From positions 32,001 through 96,000 of the IMG/VR virus record IMGVR_UViG_3300049792_000048: a stretch of DNA of 64,000 bases. One strand, written 5' to 3'. Source of the DNA: a virus. Lineage: Duplodnaviria; Caudoviricetes. The number at the start of each line of letters is the position of its first letter. The first letter of the stretch is position 1. Shown here in pieces: positions 9,149 to 18,519 of this stretch. The position numbers were made by a program, and so were the translations under genes. Under the pieces are notes generated by a model. It did no database searches. It was not told the DNA's origin and worked only from the letters and a program-made list of their open reading frames with translations.

Positions 9149-12100
9149 ATGGCCCAGACTGACATCAAGACCTTCTTGCAGGACCTGCTGGTTCGCTTCG
9201 ACCCGTCGATCGACTTGTCGGACGGCAGTCGTGCGCAGACCGAGATCATCGAGCCGATCCTGGGCCGCATCGGTACCGATCCGTTCGACACCGACATCGA
9301 GACCTTCGTCCGTGAGCGAATCACGCAGGCGTTCCCCAAGCTCAACATCACGCAGACCGCGGCCCTCGAAGACACTCTCATCAGTCCGATGCGAGTGCTG
9401 CTGGAGCCGATCGTTCGTGAGGTGAAGCTGGTCAAACTTCGACAGTCCGCAATCGCGAATGCGGAACGTGTCGGGGATGATGAAGTTGATGCTGTCATCG
9501 CGAACTTCTTCGAGGGCCGCAAGACCGGCGGCTACGCTCGTGGTGTCGTGCGGGTGAACTTCCAGGCCCCCACGACGGTCTCCTTCACACTGATCCAGGT
9601 CGCTTCCACCCGAAGCGGGCTTCGCTTCCTGCCATCGCCGGCGCAGACGATCACTGCCGACCAGATGCTCCTGAACCGTGATGGTCAGGAGTTCTACTGC
9701 GACATCAGCTACGTCGCAGAGAAGCGTGGTGACGAGTACAACGTCGACCGCGGAGAGATCATCACGATTGCGAACCTGTCATCGGCGTCGAGGGTTCGGA
9801 ACCTCAATCGGTTCGACAGTGGTGTTCCCCGCGAGAACAGTATCGACCTCGTTGCTCGCGTCGAGTCGAAGCAGGGCGATCGGACCCTCACCACCTCGCG
9901 CGGCATCATCTCCGAGCTCACGGACAACTTCCCTGCGGTCCGCAGGATTCAGGTGATTGGGTTCAAGGACCCCGAGATGCTTCGCGACATCGTGAAGGGT
10001 GGCGGTCTCGGTCCGGCTCTCCCTCCTGACACCTTCGGTCCCGTCTACGGTGCAGCTCAGGCTGTCGATGATGGTGATGGTAACGTCACCACCAAGCGCC
10101 TCTCGGCGTCGACGGGTCACTTCGTGTCGCGCATCGGCTCGGCGGGCTCGGATCCCTCCGCATTCTTCCTCACTCTCGTCTACGAAGACTCGGGACCCGT
10201 GTTGGTGGATGCGCGGGTGTTGGAGGTCATCTCCGACACCGACGTGCTGGTCGACTACGAGTTCCCATCGTTCCCGCTCAACGTGAGCTGGATGCTTCGC
10301 AAGCGCGAGCTGACGATCTCCGACATCCCCGGAGGCATCACCTTGCCGGACACGCCTGATGGACAGCTCATCATCAGGTCCGACGAAGTGCACATCGGTG
10401 GCAAGACCGATCTCTACATCGCGGGTGCTGTGGTTGCACAGACCGTGGCCATCGAGGGCATCTCGGACGAGCAGCCCATCGCTCGCGGCTCGAACGCACA
10501 GACCGGTGTCGCCCTCGGCTCTCCTCCTGCGCTTGACTGGATCATCATCAACGATCCTCCGGGAGGCGCCGCAGCACTCCAGGCCCTCATCTCGGACGGC
10601 AGCTTCAGCATCGTGCTCGATGAAGGAGTCGACGTCGGAAGCTATGACGTCCGCGACAGTGTGGTCTCGGGCTCCACGCTCCAGGTTCGGGTTCCAGTCG
10701 CACTCACGGGTGTCGTGGCAAACCTGCTCTGGAAGATCGTCGATGAAATCAACATCGAGCTGACCGAGACGAAGGACATCAAGGTCGAGGGTGCAGACCT
10801 AGTGATGGTGGCCGGCAACGCTCTGATCACCACTCTCTCTTCAACAAACTTCATCGATGCAAACGTGCAGCAGAACGACATCGTTCGTGTCGATGCGGAT
10901 GAGGCTGGTGGCGACTTCACCGTGCAGGTCGTCGGTGCCGTGTCTCTTCAGGTGTCGCCGGTGCCCATCCGCACTCTGTCGAATCTGAGCTACACGATCT
11001 TTCGTCCGAGTGGCAACGTGCTCACGCCCGTGGTCCGCATCACCGCTCTCGATCTCCTCGACAGCGGTGGCGCTCCGAACGGTGTGAAGATCCCGTACCG
11101 TGACCCGGTCGCGATCATCACCCGCGGCTTCCAGAACGAGGGCTCTGGAGTCGAGTTCGAGGGTTTCCCGCGCTCGATCGGACTCGTTACGGGGGCGATC
11201 GTCACGAGTGTCAACTTCGGCGGAGGGGCCACACTCCTCTTCAACTTCCGCAAGCCGTTGAAGGTCTTCGCTGGTCTGTCGGTGAAGCCTCTGACTCCCG
11301 GCGGCACGTACACCCTGAACCTCGTGGGTATCCTGACTCCGTCTGCGATCGCCACCATCATCAACACCACGGCTGAGCTCGTGGAGCGTCAGGTTCGCGC
11401 TTCCGTGCTGACCTACAACGGAAGCACGTACGTCGGCATCTACTGTCCCGAGTTCGTGGTGATGGGCATCGGTGGCACCGCCAACGCACTGTTGGGCCTC
11501 CCGACGAGTGGGAGGGGTGCAACGAACGCCGACATCGGGCTCCCCACGTTCAATCCACGTCAGGGCGACCTCATCGAGTTCGTCGACGGCAACAACCGCG
11601 GGACGACCCGAGTCTTGCGGGGACACGAGACGTCGTATCTCGCAGCTCTCGTGGGCCTCGGTCCCACGGACGAGGCCTATTCGCTGCCCCTGCATCAGGT
11701 GCAGGTTCTTCTTCCCGAGGTGGGTGTGCGCATCCGTATCGGGCGCCCCTCCGTCGGCTCGGCCCGGGTCTACTTCCTCGCTCCGACATCGGCGGAGTTC
11801 CGCTACCTCACGGCGCAGTTCTCGGTGCTGGTCGGCACGGACACGCTGCTCTATCGCCCTGACCCTGAGAACGATCGCGTCATCCAGCCGCCCCCGCCAC
11901 TCACCGCCCTCCCCGACAATGGGACGACCTCCCTGGGCGCCGTCACGACTGCATTCGAGGATACGACGGTGAACTTCCAGGCTCTCGGGGTACAGGAAGG
12001 GGACTACCTCGACGTCCTCTACCGCCCCATCAAGTCGACTTCTCCTCTCCCGTCTCCAGGAACAATCTCGGCGATCGTGGGCAAGAACTTGATCCTGCGG

Positions 12101-13180
12101 CTCGACGAGAACCCGTGGATCACCGTCGCCTTCCCGATCGCGCTCACACGCAGCGACCTGGTCGACTACATCAACACGCAGGTCGGTACCGACATCGCAA
12201 CGATTGATGGCTCGGGCTATCTGGTCTTCCAGAGCTCCTCGCTCATCACCTTCCGTGAAGACAGCACGATCTTCTCCCCGGACACGCTGTTCCTCAACGG
12301 TGCCCCGAGGAGCTCTGCCCACCCGCGTGCTGGGACATACATCATCAACGCGGTCGAGCCCACCGTGCTGACACTCTCGGTCGACACCCCCTTCGGGAGC
12401 TCAAGTGCCGTCGCTGACACCAGCTACCGGATCCGGCGAGCGTTGCAGCGCATCAGCTCGACGGAGATGAACAACAACCAAGACGAGACCGGCCTCTACT
12501 ACGTGGATGTCGAGCTCCTCTCGTTGGCCCCCGGCGATCGAAACAACGCCCCGTCCATGCTCGTCATGGATGCCGTCGGTGTGGTGTCGGATGGCTACCG
12601 GCTCTATGCAAACAACAACACGCTTTCGTACAGTCGCGCGGAGCGTTTGTTCGCTGGGATCAGCAGGACCATCCTCCTCGTCGGCTCGTCCGACAGCCCC
12701 TCGGAGTATGTCCAGCTCAGTCGTCAGAACGTGCAGGTCAGCTACGACCAAAGTCAACTCGTCGATGACGTGCAGAGCTTCTGCGACTCCGACTTCCATC
12801 GCGTCGTGAACGAGGAGATCTTGGTCCGGCATCTCCTGCCGCACTATGTGAACGTCTCCTGGCGCTACGCCGGCGGCGACACCGAGACGACGATGCGGGC
12901 CGCCCTCAACACGGCGCTGGAGACCGTCGAGGCGAACGAGCAGCTCGAAGTCATCGACGTGACGCGAGTCATGACGGCCCGTGGTGCGACCAGCATCTAC
13001 AGCCTCGATCCCGAGTCCCCGACGGGACGTAACGCTCCGGTGATGATCGTCATCTATCACGACGTCGATCGGAACGTGCGGGTCGCGATCGTTCGCGACT
13101 ACGTGCAGACCAGCCGTACACAGCGCTTCATCGGTGACAACCTCGCCATCGTCCGCATCGCTCCTGGAGGTCTGCGTTGA
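9149..13180 (+). CDS. Baseplate wedge protein (baseplate J/gp6-like) with large insertions
   Basis: N-terminal RKTGGYARGVVRV...VAEKRGDEYNV...NLNRFDSGVPRE typical of baseplate J; follows the gp25-like gene. Confidence 0.75.
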   Translation: MAQTDIKTFLQDLLVRFDPSIDLSDGSRAQTEIIEPILGRIGTDPFDTDIETFVRERITQAFPKLNITQTAALEDTLISPMRVLLEPIVREVKLVKLRQSAIANAERVGDDEVDAVIANFFEGRKTGGYARGVVRVNFQAPTTVSFTLIQVASTRSGLRFLPSPAQTITADQMLLNRDGQEFYCDISYVAEKRGDEYNVDRGEIITIANLSSASRVRNLNRFDSGVPRENSIDLVARVESKQGDRTLTTSRGIISELTDNFPAVRRIQVIGFKDPEMLRDIVKGGGLGPALPPDTFGPVYGAAQAVDDGDGNVTTKRLSASTGHFVSRIGSAGSDPSAFFLTLVYEDSGPVLVDARVLEVISDTDVLVDYEFPSFPLNVSWMLRKRELTISDIPGGITLPDTPDGQLIIRSDEVHIGGKTDLYIAGAVVAQTVAIEGISDEQPIARGSNAQTGVALGSPPALDWIIINDPPGGAAALQALISDGSFSIVLDEGVDVGSYDVRDSVVSGSTLQVRVPVALTGVVANLLWKIVDEINIELTETKDIKVEGADLVMVAGNALITTLSSTNFIDANVQQNDIVRVDADEAGGDFTVQVVGAVSLQVSPVPIRTLSNLSYTIFRPSGNVLTPVVRITALDLLDSGGAPNGVKIPYRDPVAIITRGFQNEGSGVEFEGFPRSIGLVTGAIVTSVNFGGGATLLFNFRKPLKVFAGLSVKPLTPGGTYTLNLVGILTPSAIATIINTTAELVERQVRASVLTYNGSTYVGIYCPEFVVMGIGGTANALLGLPTSGRGATNADIGLPTFNPRQGDLIEFVDGNNRGTTRVLRGHETSYLAALVGLGPTDEAYSLPLHQVQVLLPEVGVRIRIGRPSVGSARVYFLAPTSAEFRYLTAQFSVLVGTDTLLYRPDPENDRVIQPPPPLTALPDNGTTSLGAVTTAFEDTTVNFQALGVQEGDYLDVLYRPIKSTSPLPSPGTISAIVGKNLILRLDENPWITVAFPIALTRSDLVDYINTQVGTDIATIDGSGYLVFQSSSLITFREDSTIFSPDTLFLNGAPRSSAHPRAGTYIINAVEPTVLTLSVDTPFGSSSAVADTSYRIRRALQRISSTEMNNNQDETGLYYVDVELLSLAPGDRNNAPSMLVMDAVGVVSDGYRLYANNNTLSYSRAERLFAGISRTILLVGSSDSPSEYVQLSRQNVQVSYDQSQLVDDVQSFCDSDFHRVVNEEILVRHLLPHYVNVSWRYAGGDTETTMRAALNTALETVEANEQLEVIDVTRVMTARGATSIYSLDPESPTGRNAPVMIVIYHDVDRNVRVAIVRDYVQTSRTQRFIGDNLAIVRIAPGGLR

Positions 13181-13530
13181 TCGCGAACTATCCCAATCGC
13201 ACTTCGTCCAGCACGGGTTGGTACGTCACGGTCTACAGCAACGGGACGTACGGCACTGGAGATGGCTATGGCTACGCGTCCAACCTGCCGTACCCGCCGC
13301 TGCCCACGACGCGTCGTGAACGGAAACTGGCGGCTTTGCTGAGGGAGTTCGACGGAGCGGTGAAGCAGGTCGAGCATCGACTTCAGGTCGAGGCGGCTTT
13401 CCAGAAGGTCCTCTCCGACACGAGGTCGCGGGAGCGTCGACCACACCCGTCAGTGCGTAGGGGCAAGGAGCGCCGGATGCAGACGTACACTGCTGCACTC
13501 GCAGCACGGATGGCGTCGCGGCGGCCCTAG
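13177..13530 (+). CDS. Hypothetical protein
   Basis: TTG start overlapping the upstream stop; fills the gap; basic C-terminus. Confidence 0.45.
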   Translation: MIANYPNRTSSSTGWYVTVYSNGTYGTGDGYGYASNLPYPPLPTTRRERKLAALLREFDGAVKQVEHRLQVEAAFQKVLSDTRSRERRPHPSVRRGKERRMQTYTAALAARMASRRP

Positions 13531-13832
13531 TCCTTCTTCTGCCCAACGAGCGGGAGAGCTTCCTCGACCTTCGCCGGGTTACCAGTGTTGATCACGATTC
13601 CGGACTGCGTGTCGATCTCGTAGGAGCAGTCGACGCAGCGGGCCACCGTACGAGGAAGCACGCTCTCCGCCGTGAACGTGCGGGCGGCCAGGTGCTGGTG
13701 CATCGCTCCGCCGCAGCGCGGACAGGGGGTCGAATACTTCGCAGCCCTCGCTGTCGCCAGAGGCGTCAGGATGTCGGGCTGTTTCTCGATCAGCTTTCGG
13801 CGGACGCTGAGCGGTAGCGTGCGGAGTCTCAT
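13527..13832 (-). CDS. Small zinc-ribbon protein
   Basis: CPRC...CVDC. Confidence 0.7.
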   Translation of the reverse strand: MRLRTLPLSVRRKLIEKQPDILTPLATARAAKYSTPCPRCGGAMHQHLAARTFTAESVLPRTVARCVDCSYEIDTQSGIVINTGNPAKVEEALPLVGQKKD

Positions 13833-13834
13833 TT

Positions 13835-13843
13835 TGTTAGCAT
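13835..13843 (+). promoter_or_regulatory. Putative extended -10 (TGtTAGCAT), leaderless
   Basis: 7 nt before ATG 13851. Confidence 0.5.
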
Positions 13844-13850
13844 GCCATGT

Positions 13851-14402
13851 ATGAAGAAGGTCTGCACCGGATGTCTACGTCTTCTTCCACGAAAAGACTT
13901 CTGGGCTAACAAGACTCGTCCTGATGGCCTCCAGTTTCGATGCAAGCGCTGTCACACAGCGAGGATGCTCGCTCTGAGGGAGAAGTGGAGGAAGGGCTCC
14001 GGAACTGTATTCCCGACGAGCAAGACATGCCGGCGATGTACTCAACTGAAGAGCCCCGAGCATTTCCATAAGAATCAGTTTTCTCCGGATGGGCTGTGCA
14101 CGTACTGCAAGTTGTGCATCAAGGAAATGCATACGAAGAAAAACTATCGGGCCGCGAACCGTTTGTCGCAGTACGGGCTCACAGAAATCGCTTATGAGAA
14201 GATGAAGAAGCGAGCAAAGGGCAAGTGCGAGATCTGCCAGGAGCCCTTCAAGAAAAGCCCTTCGATCGATCATTGTCACAAGAGTCAGAAGGTGCGTGGG
14301 CTGCTTTGTCGACGCTGCAACCTCGGACTTGGTCAGTTTCAGGACAACTTGACTACTCTTCGTCGTGCTCTCGTGTATCTGCATAAAAATACGGTAGGCT
14401 AG
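13851..14402 (+). CDS. Endonuclease VII-family free-standing (homing-type) endonuclease
   Basis: CEIC...IDHCHKSQKVRGLLCRRCNLGLG; two N-terminal CxxC...F...DGL..CKxC repeats; visibly more AT-rich than its flanks. Confidence 0.9.
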   Translation: MKKVCTGCLRLLPRKDFWANKTRPDGLQFRCKRCHTARMLALREKWRKGSGTVFPTSKTCRRCTQLKSPEHFHKNQFSPDGLCTYCKLCIKEMHTKKNYRAANRLSQYGLTEIAYEKMKKRAKGKCEICQEPFKKSPSIDHCHKSQKVRGLLCRRCNLGLGQFQDNLTTLRRALVYLHKNTVG

Positions 14403-14410
14403 CGACGTCC

Positions 14411-17400
14411 ATGGCGATTCCGACATCAGCTACTTGGAACATCGCAGACTTCAACGTCTCCACGATGCCTCTCCTGCTCGGGCTTGGTCCGTCGGACCTT
14501 TCGCTTGTGCCTGGAGCCGCTCCGTACTTCACGTACGACGCAGATCGCCAGGTCCTCGTCGTTGCGAGTGATGATGGCACCGCCGCCTATGCCGACTTCA
14601 ACGTCGCGATGCCGGCCGAGTACACGATCGACTTCGTGGTTCGCTTCCCGTCGTTGCCTCAGGATGTAGCCGACCTCTCGGACCACCACGCCGGCATCCA
14701 GCTCGCAGATGATGCTGGTCGCGGCGTCGCCATCTACTTCTCTCAGACCGGAATCGCGATTGCTCGCATCGACGACTTCGGCAGCGTCGCTCCTCTACCG
14801 GACAGCACTACCTACACGGAAGAGATCGCAACGTTCTTCCATCGAGTTCGTGTTGCAGTGAACTCGGGAGCAGGGCGTGCCTATGTCTTCATCGGCAGGG
14901 AGAGCGACCCGTTCCCTCCTCTCCGCTTCATTCTGCCTGTGGAGGCAACTCCTCCGGGCGTGAACGATCGCTTCCGCATCGTTGCGAAAGGAACCCCTTC
15001 GCAGCCGGTGTCGATCGAGTACCGCATCATCGAGGTCGCGGGAGCTCTGCTTCTGCCGAATCTTCCGCCAGTCGCGAACCCGGGGGCAGACCGCGTCATC
15101 GCGGCAGGCAACTCAGCCCGTCTGGATGCACGTGCCAGCTTCGACCCCGAAGGCGCCCCGCTCTCCTACCGGTGGCTCGCGATCGATGCTCCGTACCGAT
15201 CACAGTTCGCATACGACGCTTCCTCGGGCTCGACCGTGGATGATGGCGACACGGATGGGGTGACCCACCTGCTGTCCTTCCCACCGTCATCGCTCCCGGC
15301 GTGGGTGGCTCACGGAGACGTTCTGATCATCGCGGGGACGAGGCACGTCATCGACACCGTGAACAACGGTGCAGGGACGCTTCTGGTCGAGACCGACACG
15401 ATTCCCGACAACCTCACCGGCACTCCGTTCCGCATCATCCGACAGAGCGTGCTCATCGGAGAGACCACGGAGACCCCGATTGTTGTCCCCGACATCCCTG
15501 GCATCTATCGATTCACTCTCGTCGTGAACGATGGTGAAGTCGACTCCGAGGAGGCTGAGGTGCTGGTGAACGTCGTCGGAGCGCGAGCTCCGCTTGGCGT
15601 AGAGCCTTCGGTGGAGTTCCTCTGGGATGTGCTCGGCGACGAGTGGCGCCTGGTCGAGAACAAGGAGATCTTCACAGAGTTCTGGCGGGGCACGACTCAG
15701 ATCTTGGGAGCTCGCCTTCTGGAGGTCTGGCAGCACCACTACAACATGAGTCTCCGTGATGCCCAGCGAGTCTTCCAGAGGAAGTGGATGGCTTTCCGGA
15801 CGATGATTGCGGAGACGCTGCCCGACTTCGCCACCATCAGCCCGCGCTACGGCAAGCTCGAAGGTACCCACGACTTCAACACGGGGCCGGTGTCTGTCTC
15901 GGGCTCGACGATCGTGATCGAGACTCCGAATGTCGATGATACCTTCACTCAGCGGGAGATAACCCTCGGCTCTGGAACGCTGTCGGCTGTACTCGCGAGC
16001 TTGACCGCAGGCCTCGCCGGTCTCGACATTCAGGCCTACAGCGTGGTGGATGGTCCGAAGCTGCTCTTGCTGCTGAGCTCGGAGACGCTCGCCTTCAGGC
16101 TGGGTCTGACCTCTTCGGCTGCGGCAGTGTTGGGAATCCCGACGGGGGTCTACAACTACTTGAGTGGCGTTCGTGGTGCGAAGGTCACTGACAACACCTA
16201 CCGCGTCGACAACGGAGTCGACTTGATCGCCCAGGGTGTGAAGCATGGCGACCTGTTGGTGTTGAACAACGGTCAGTCCTTTCGGATCGACCGTGTGCTG
16301 AACGACCCGCGTGATACTGGCATCAATCAGCGACTACTGCTGGTCGATCCACTTCCTTTCGATGCAACGAACGTCTGGGAGATCCCGAGCGTTCTCACAA
16401 GCGTGGAGATCGACTACGAGGTGGGGGGCTCCTATCCGGGCGACTTGATCAAGGTGGAGTCGTTCGACCCGCGAACAAATACCTTCATCGACCACAAGGG
16501 CTACGTCGTCGCTCAAAAGGGAACCGTCGTCGCTGGGAACTTGGACGGCCTCTTCGCTGTGTTGCAGGACCCTCTGTTCGAGCTTCGCTGGCTAGGCGTG
16601 AAGCGTCGCAAGGGCGTCGAGCTGCCTGTCGATGTGGTGGGCATCCCACGTCTTCAGGACATCATCCCGAAGAGCCAGAACCCGACGATGTGGCTGGAGA
16701 ACATCGACTACGTCTTGGAGCCCTTCTACCGGGCCGACCTGGAGCAGCCAATCCCCCAGCTTCAGTTCCGGGATGAGGTCTTCATCATCCCGGACATCGA
16801 GCCTCCAGACATCCTCTGGGCCGAGCTCGTCAACTTCAGCAACGACCAGAACATCGAGGACCTCTTCGGTCGTCTGGTGGGCTTCCTGCGCGAGGATGCT
16901 GCTCCTCTTGGGGAGAACTTCTCGTATCTGAGCGGTACTGCGGGATTGATGTACGCGATGCAGCGTGGCCCGACCCCCTATGCGATGCGGGTCGGCGCTC
17001 AGATCCTCTTCGGTCAGCCCTTCGCTGAGGTCGCTGGCTTCGTCACAGAAGTTCGAGACGACTACAGTCCCGAGTTCTCGCGCATCCTCATCCAAGATGA
17101 TGATGGCAACGTACCATCGCGGTCTGAGATCATCCGCAGCTATGTCTATCGCAAGGACCCTCTCGACCCGTCAGAGACTTCCGGGCTCGAAGTGAATCCG
17201 GTGACCGGGGTCCCGTACGTCGTGGGTGACCGCATCGAGCAGTTTGCCCCCATCGGAACCGGCATCCGGATCGAGGACTACAAGAACAACCCGAAGTGGT
17301 TCATCCCGTTCGTGAGCTCGGGTCTGCTTACGGAACTGGAGAAGTTCTTCTACTTCCTGGTCACGTTCAACCTGGACCTCGTGTCCTTGGCGAACATCGC

Positions 17401-17863
17401 TCTGATCTCTCAGCTCATCTTGCGCATCAAGCCGACGTACACGCACCCGATCCTTTTGGGGGCAAAGGATGTCGTGGATGATGTCGACGTTGTCGATGTC
17501 CTGAACATGGGCGTCACCCTCCACCTCTACGACAGCGCATGTGGCTCGGGTCGGGCGTTCATGTACGACGACTATCGGGGCGACGGTACGATCTGGTCGA
17601 GCTTCGATGATGGCGTCACTTGGTACGACGGCTACGTCGACTGCCCCCAGGACTGGATTCAGTTCTGCCTCGTCATGGCGTGGCCGGGTGGCCCCATCAC
17701 CTACGACTCGGTTTTCTTCCTCGATATTGACGTCACCGACATCGATGGAGCATTCACTGGGATCCCCGGGGACACATTCACCCCGACCTATGATATGACT
17801 CTCCCAGCAGGGACGTATGAGGTCTGCCCCGTGATCGACCCCGGAAACCAGGTACTGCCGTGA
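14411..17863 (+). CDS. Large baseplate/tail structural protein with a PKD-like domain
   Basis: PVANPGADR...LDARASFDPEGAPLSYRW and PGIYRFTLVVNDG; C-terminal RIKPTYTHP as in wedge proteins. Confidence 0.7.
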   Translation: MAIPTSATWNIADFNVSTMPLLLGLGPSDLSLVPGAAPYFTYDADRQVLVVASDDGTAAYADFNVAMPAEYTIDFVVRFPSLPQDVADLSDHHAGIQLADDAGRGVAIYFSQTGIAIARIDDFGSVAPLPDSTTYTEEIATFFHRVRVAVNSGAGRAYVFIGRESDPFPPLRFILPVEATPPGVNDRFRIVAKGTPSQPVSIEYRIIEVAGALLLPNLPPVANPGADRVIAAGNSARLDARASFDPEGAPLSYRWLAIDAPYRSQFAYDASSGSTVDDGDTDGVTHLLSFPPSSLPAWVAHGDVLIIAGTRHVIDTVNNGAGTLLVETDTIPDNLTGTPFRIIRQSVLIGETTETPIVVPDIPGIYRFTLVVNDGEVDSEEAEVLVNVVGARAPLGVEPSVEFLWDVLGDEWRLVENKEIFTEFWRGTTQILGARLLEVWQHHYNMSLRDAQRVFQRKWMAFRTMIAETLPDFATISPRYGKLEGTHDFNTGPVSVSGSTIVIETPNVDDTFTQREITLGSGTLSAVLASLTAGLAGLDIQAYSVVDGPKLLLLLSSETLAFRLGLTSSAAAVLGIPTGVYNYLSGVRGAKVTDNTYRVDNGVDLIAQGVKHGDLLVLNNGQSFRIDRVLNDPRDTGINQRLLLVDPLPFDATNVWEIPSVLTSVEIDYEVGGSYPGDLIKVESFDPRTNTFIDHKGYVVAQKGTVVAGNLDGLFAVLQDPLFELRWLGVKRRKGVELPVDVVGIPRLQDIIPKSQNPTMWLENIDYVLEPFYRADLEQPIPQLQFRDEVFIIPDIEPPDILWAELVNFSNDQNIEDLFGRLVGFLREDAAPLGENFSYLSGTAGLMYAMQRGPTPYAMRVGAQILFGQPFAEVAGFVTEVRDDYSPEFSRILIQDDDGNVPSRSEIIRSYVYRKDPLDPSETSGLEVNPVTGVPYVVGDRIEQFAPIGTGIRIEDYKNNPKWFIPFVSSGLLTELEKFFYFLVTFNLDLVSLANIALISQLILRIKPTYTHPILLGAKDVVDDVDVVDVLNMGVTLHLYDSACGSGRAFMYDDYRGDGTIWSSFDDGVTWYDGYVDCPQDWIQFCLVMAWPGGPITYDSVFFLDIDVTDIDGAFTGIPGDTFTPTYDMTLPAGTYEVCPVIDPGNQVLP

Positions 17864-18510
17864 GCAAAGCTGCGAAGAAGTTCCTGATGCTCCCGCCCGA
17901 TGCCATCATCGGACTGGTCAACATTGAGTTGGATGTCCGTGAACGCGGCAAGATCGTGCAGCGTTCACGCTCACACAACATCGTCACGAACATCGGTCGG
18001 CAGATGCTGGCCGAGGTCATCGTCTCGGACACTCCGGCTCCGGTCATCACGCGGCACCAGAACACGGTCATCCGCTACATCGGCTTCGGTATCGGCGGCA
18101 GTCGACAGAACTCGTCGATTGCGAACTCGCCGCCCTTCAGCACCGACTACCCGGGTGTCAACACCCAGACCGACACCAACCTTGCCGTCACCGGACTCCA
18201 GCGTCCGGTGAAGGTCACGAGCGCTCCGTTGTGGGTACGTGAGATCACAGCCCCTTCGAGCTTCCCCACCGCCACCTCGGTGCGCTTCACCGCAATCTTC
18301 TCGGAGACCGACATCAACTTCGGATCGTATGCCAGCGTCCCGCTCTCCGAGATCGGCCTCTTCACGAGTGCCGCAAACCCGGCCCTGCCGAACGGTGCGA
18401 GCGGTTCGTACCCCGGTGCCGGTGGCCTCATGGCCGCCTACGACACCTTCAACACGATCCACAAGTCCGGCCTCTTCAGTATCGAAGTGCGCTGGGAGTA
18501 CCGTTTCTGA
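17860..18510 (+). CDS. Tail collar/fibre-attachment-like protein
   Basis: HNIVTNIGR...YIGFGIG...SEIGLF...AYDTF..IHK...EVRWEYRF pattern. Confidence 0.7.
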   Translation: MSKAAKKFLMLPPDAIIGLVNIELDVRERGKIVQRSRSHNIVTNIGRQMLAEVIVSDTPAPVITRHQNTVIRYIGFGIGGSRQNSSIANSPPFSTDYPGVNTQTDTNLAVTGLQRPVKVTSAPLWVREITAPSSFPTATSVRFTAIFSETDINFGSYASVPLSEIGLFTSAANPALPNGASGSYPGAGGLMAAYDTFNTIHKSGLFSIEVRWEYRF

Positions 18511-18519
18511 GGAGCGCAC

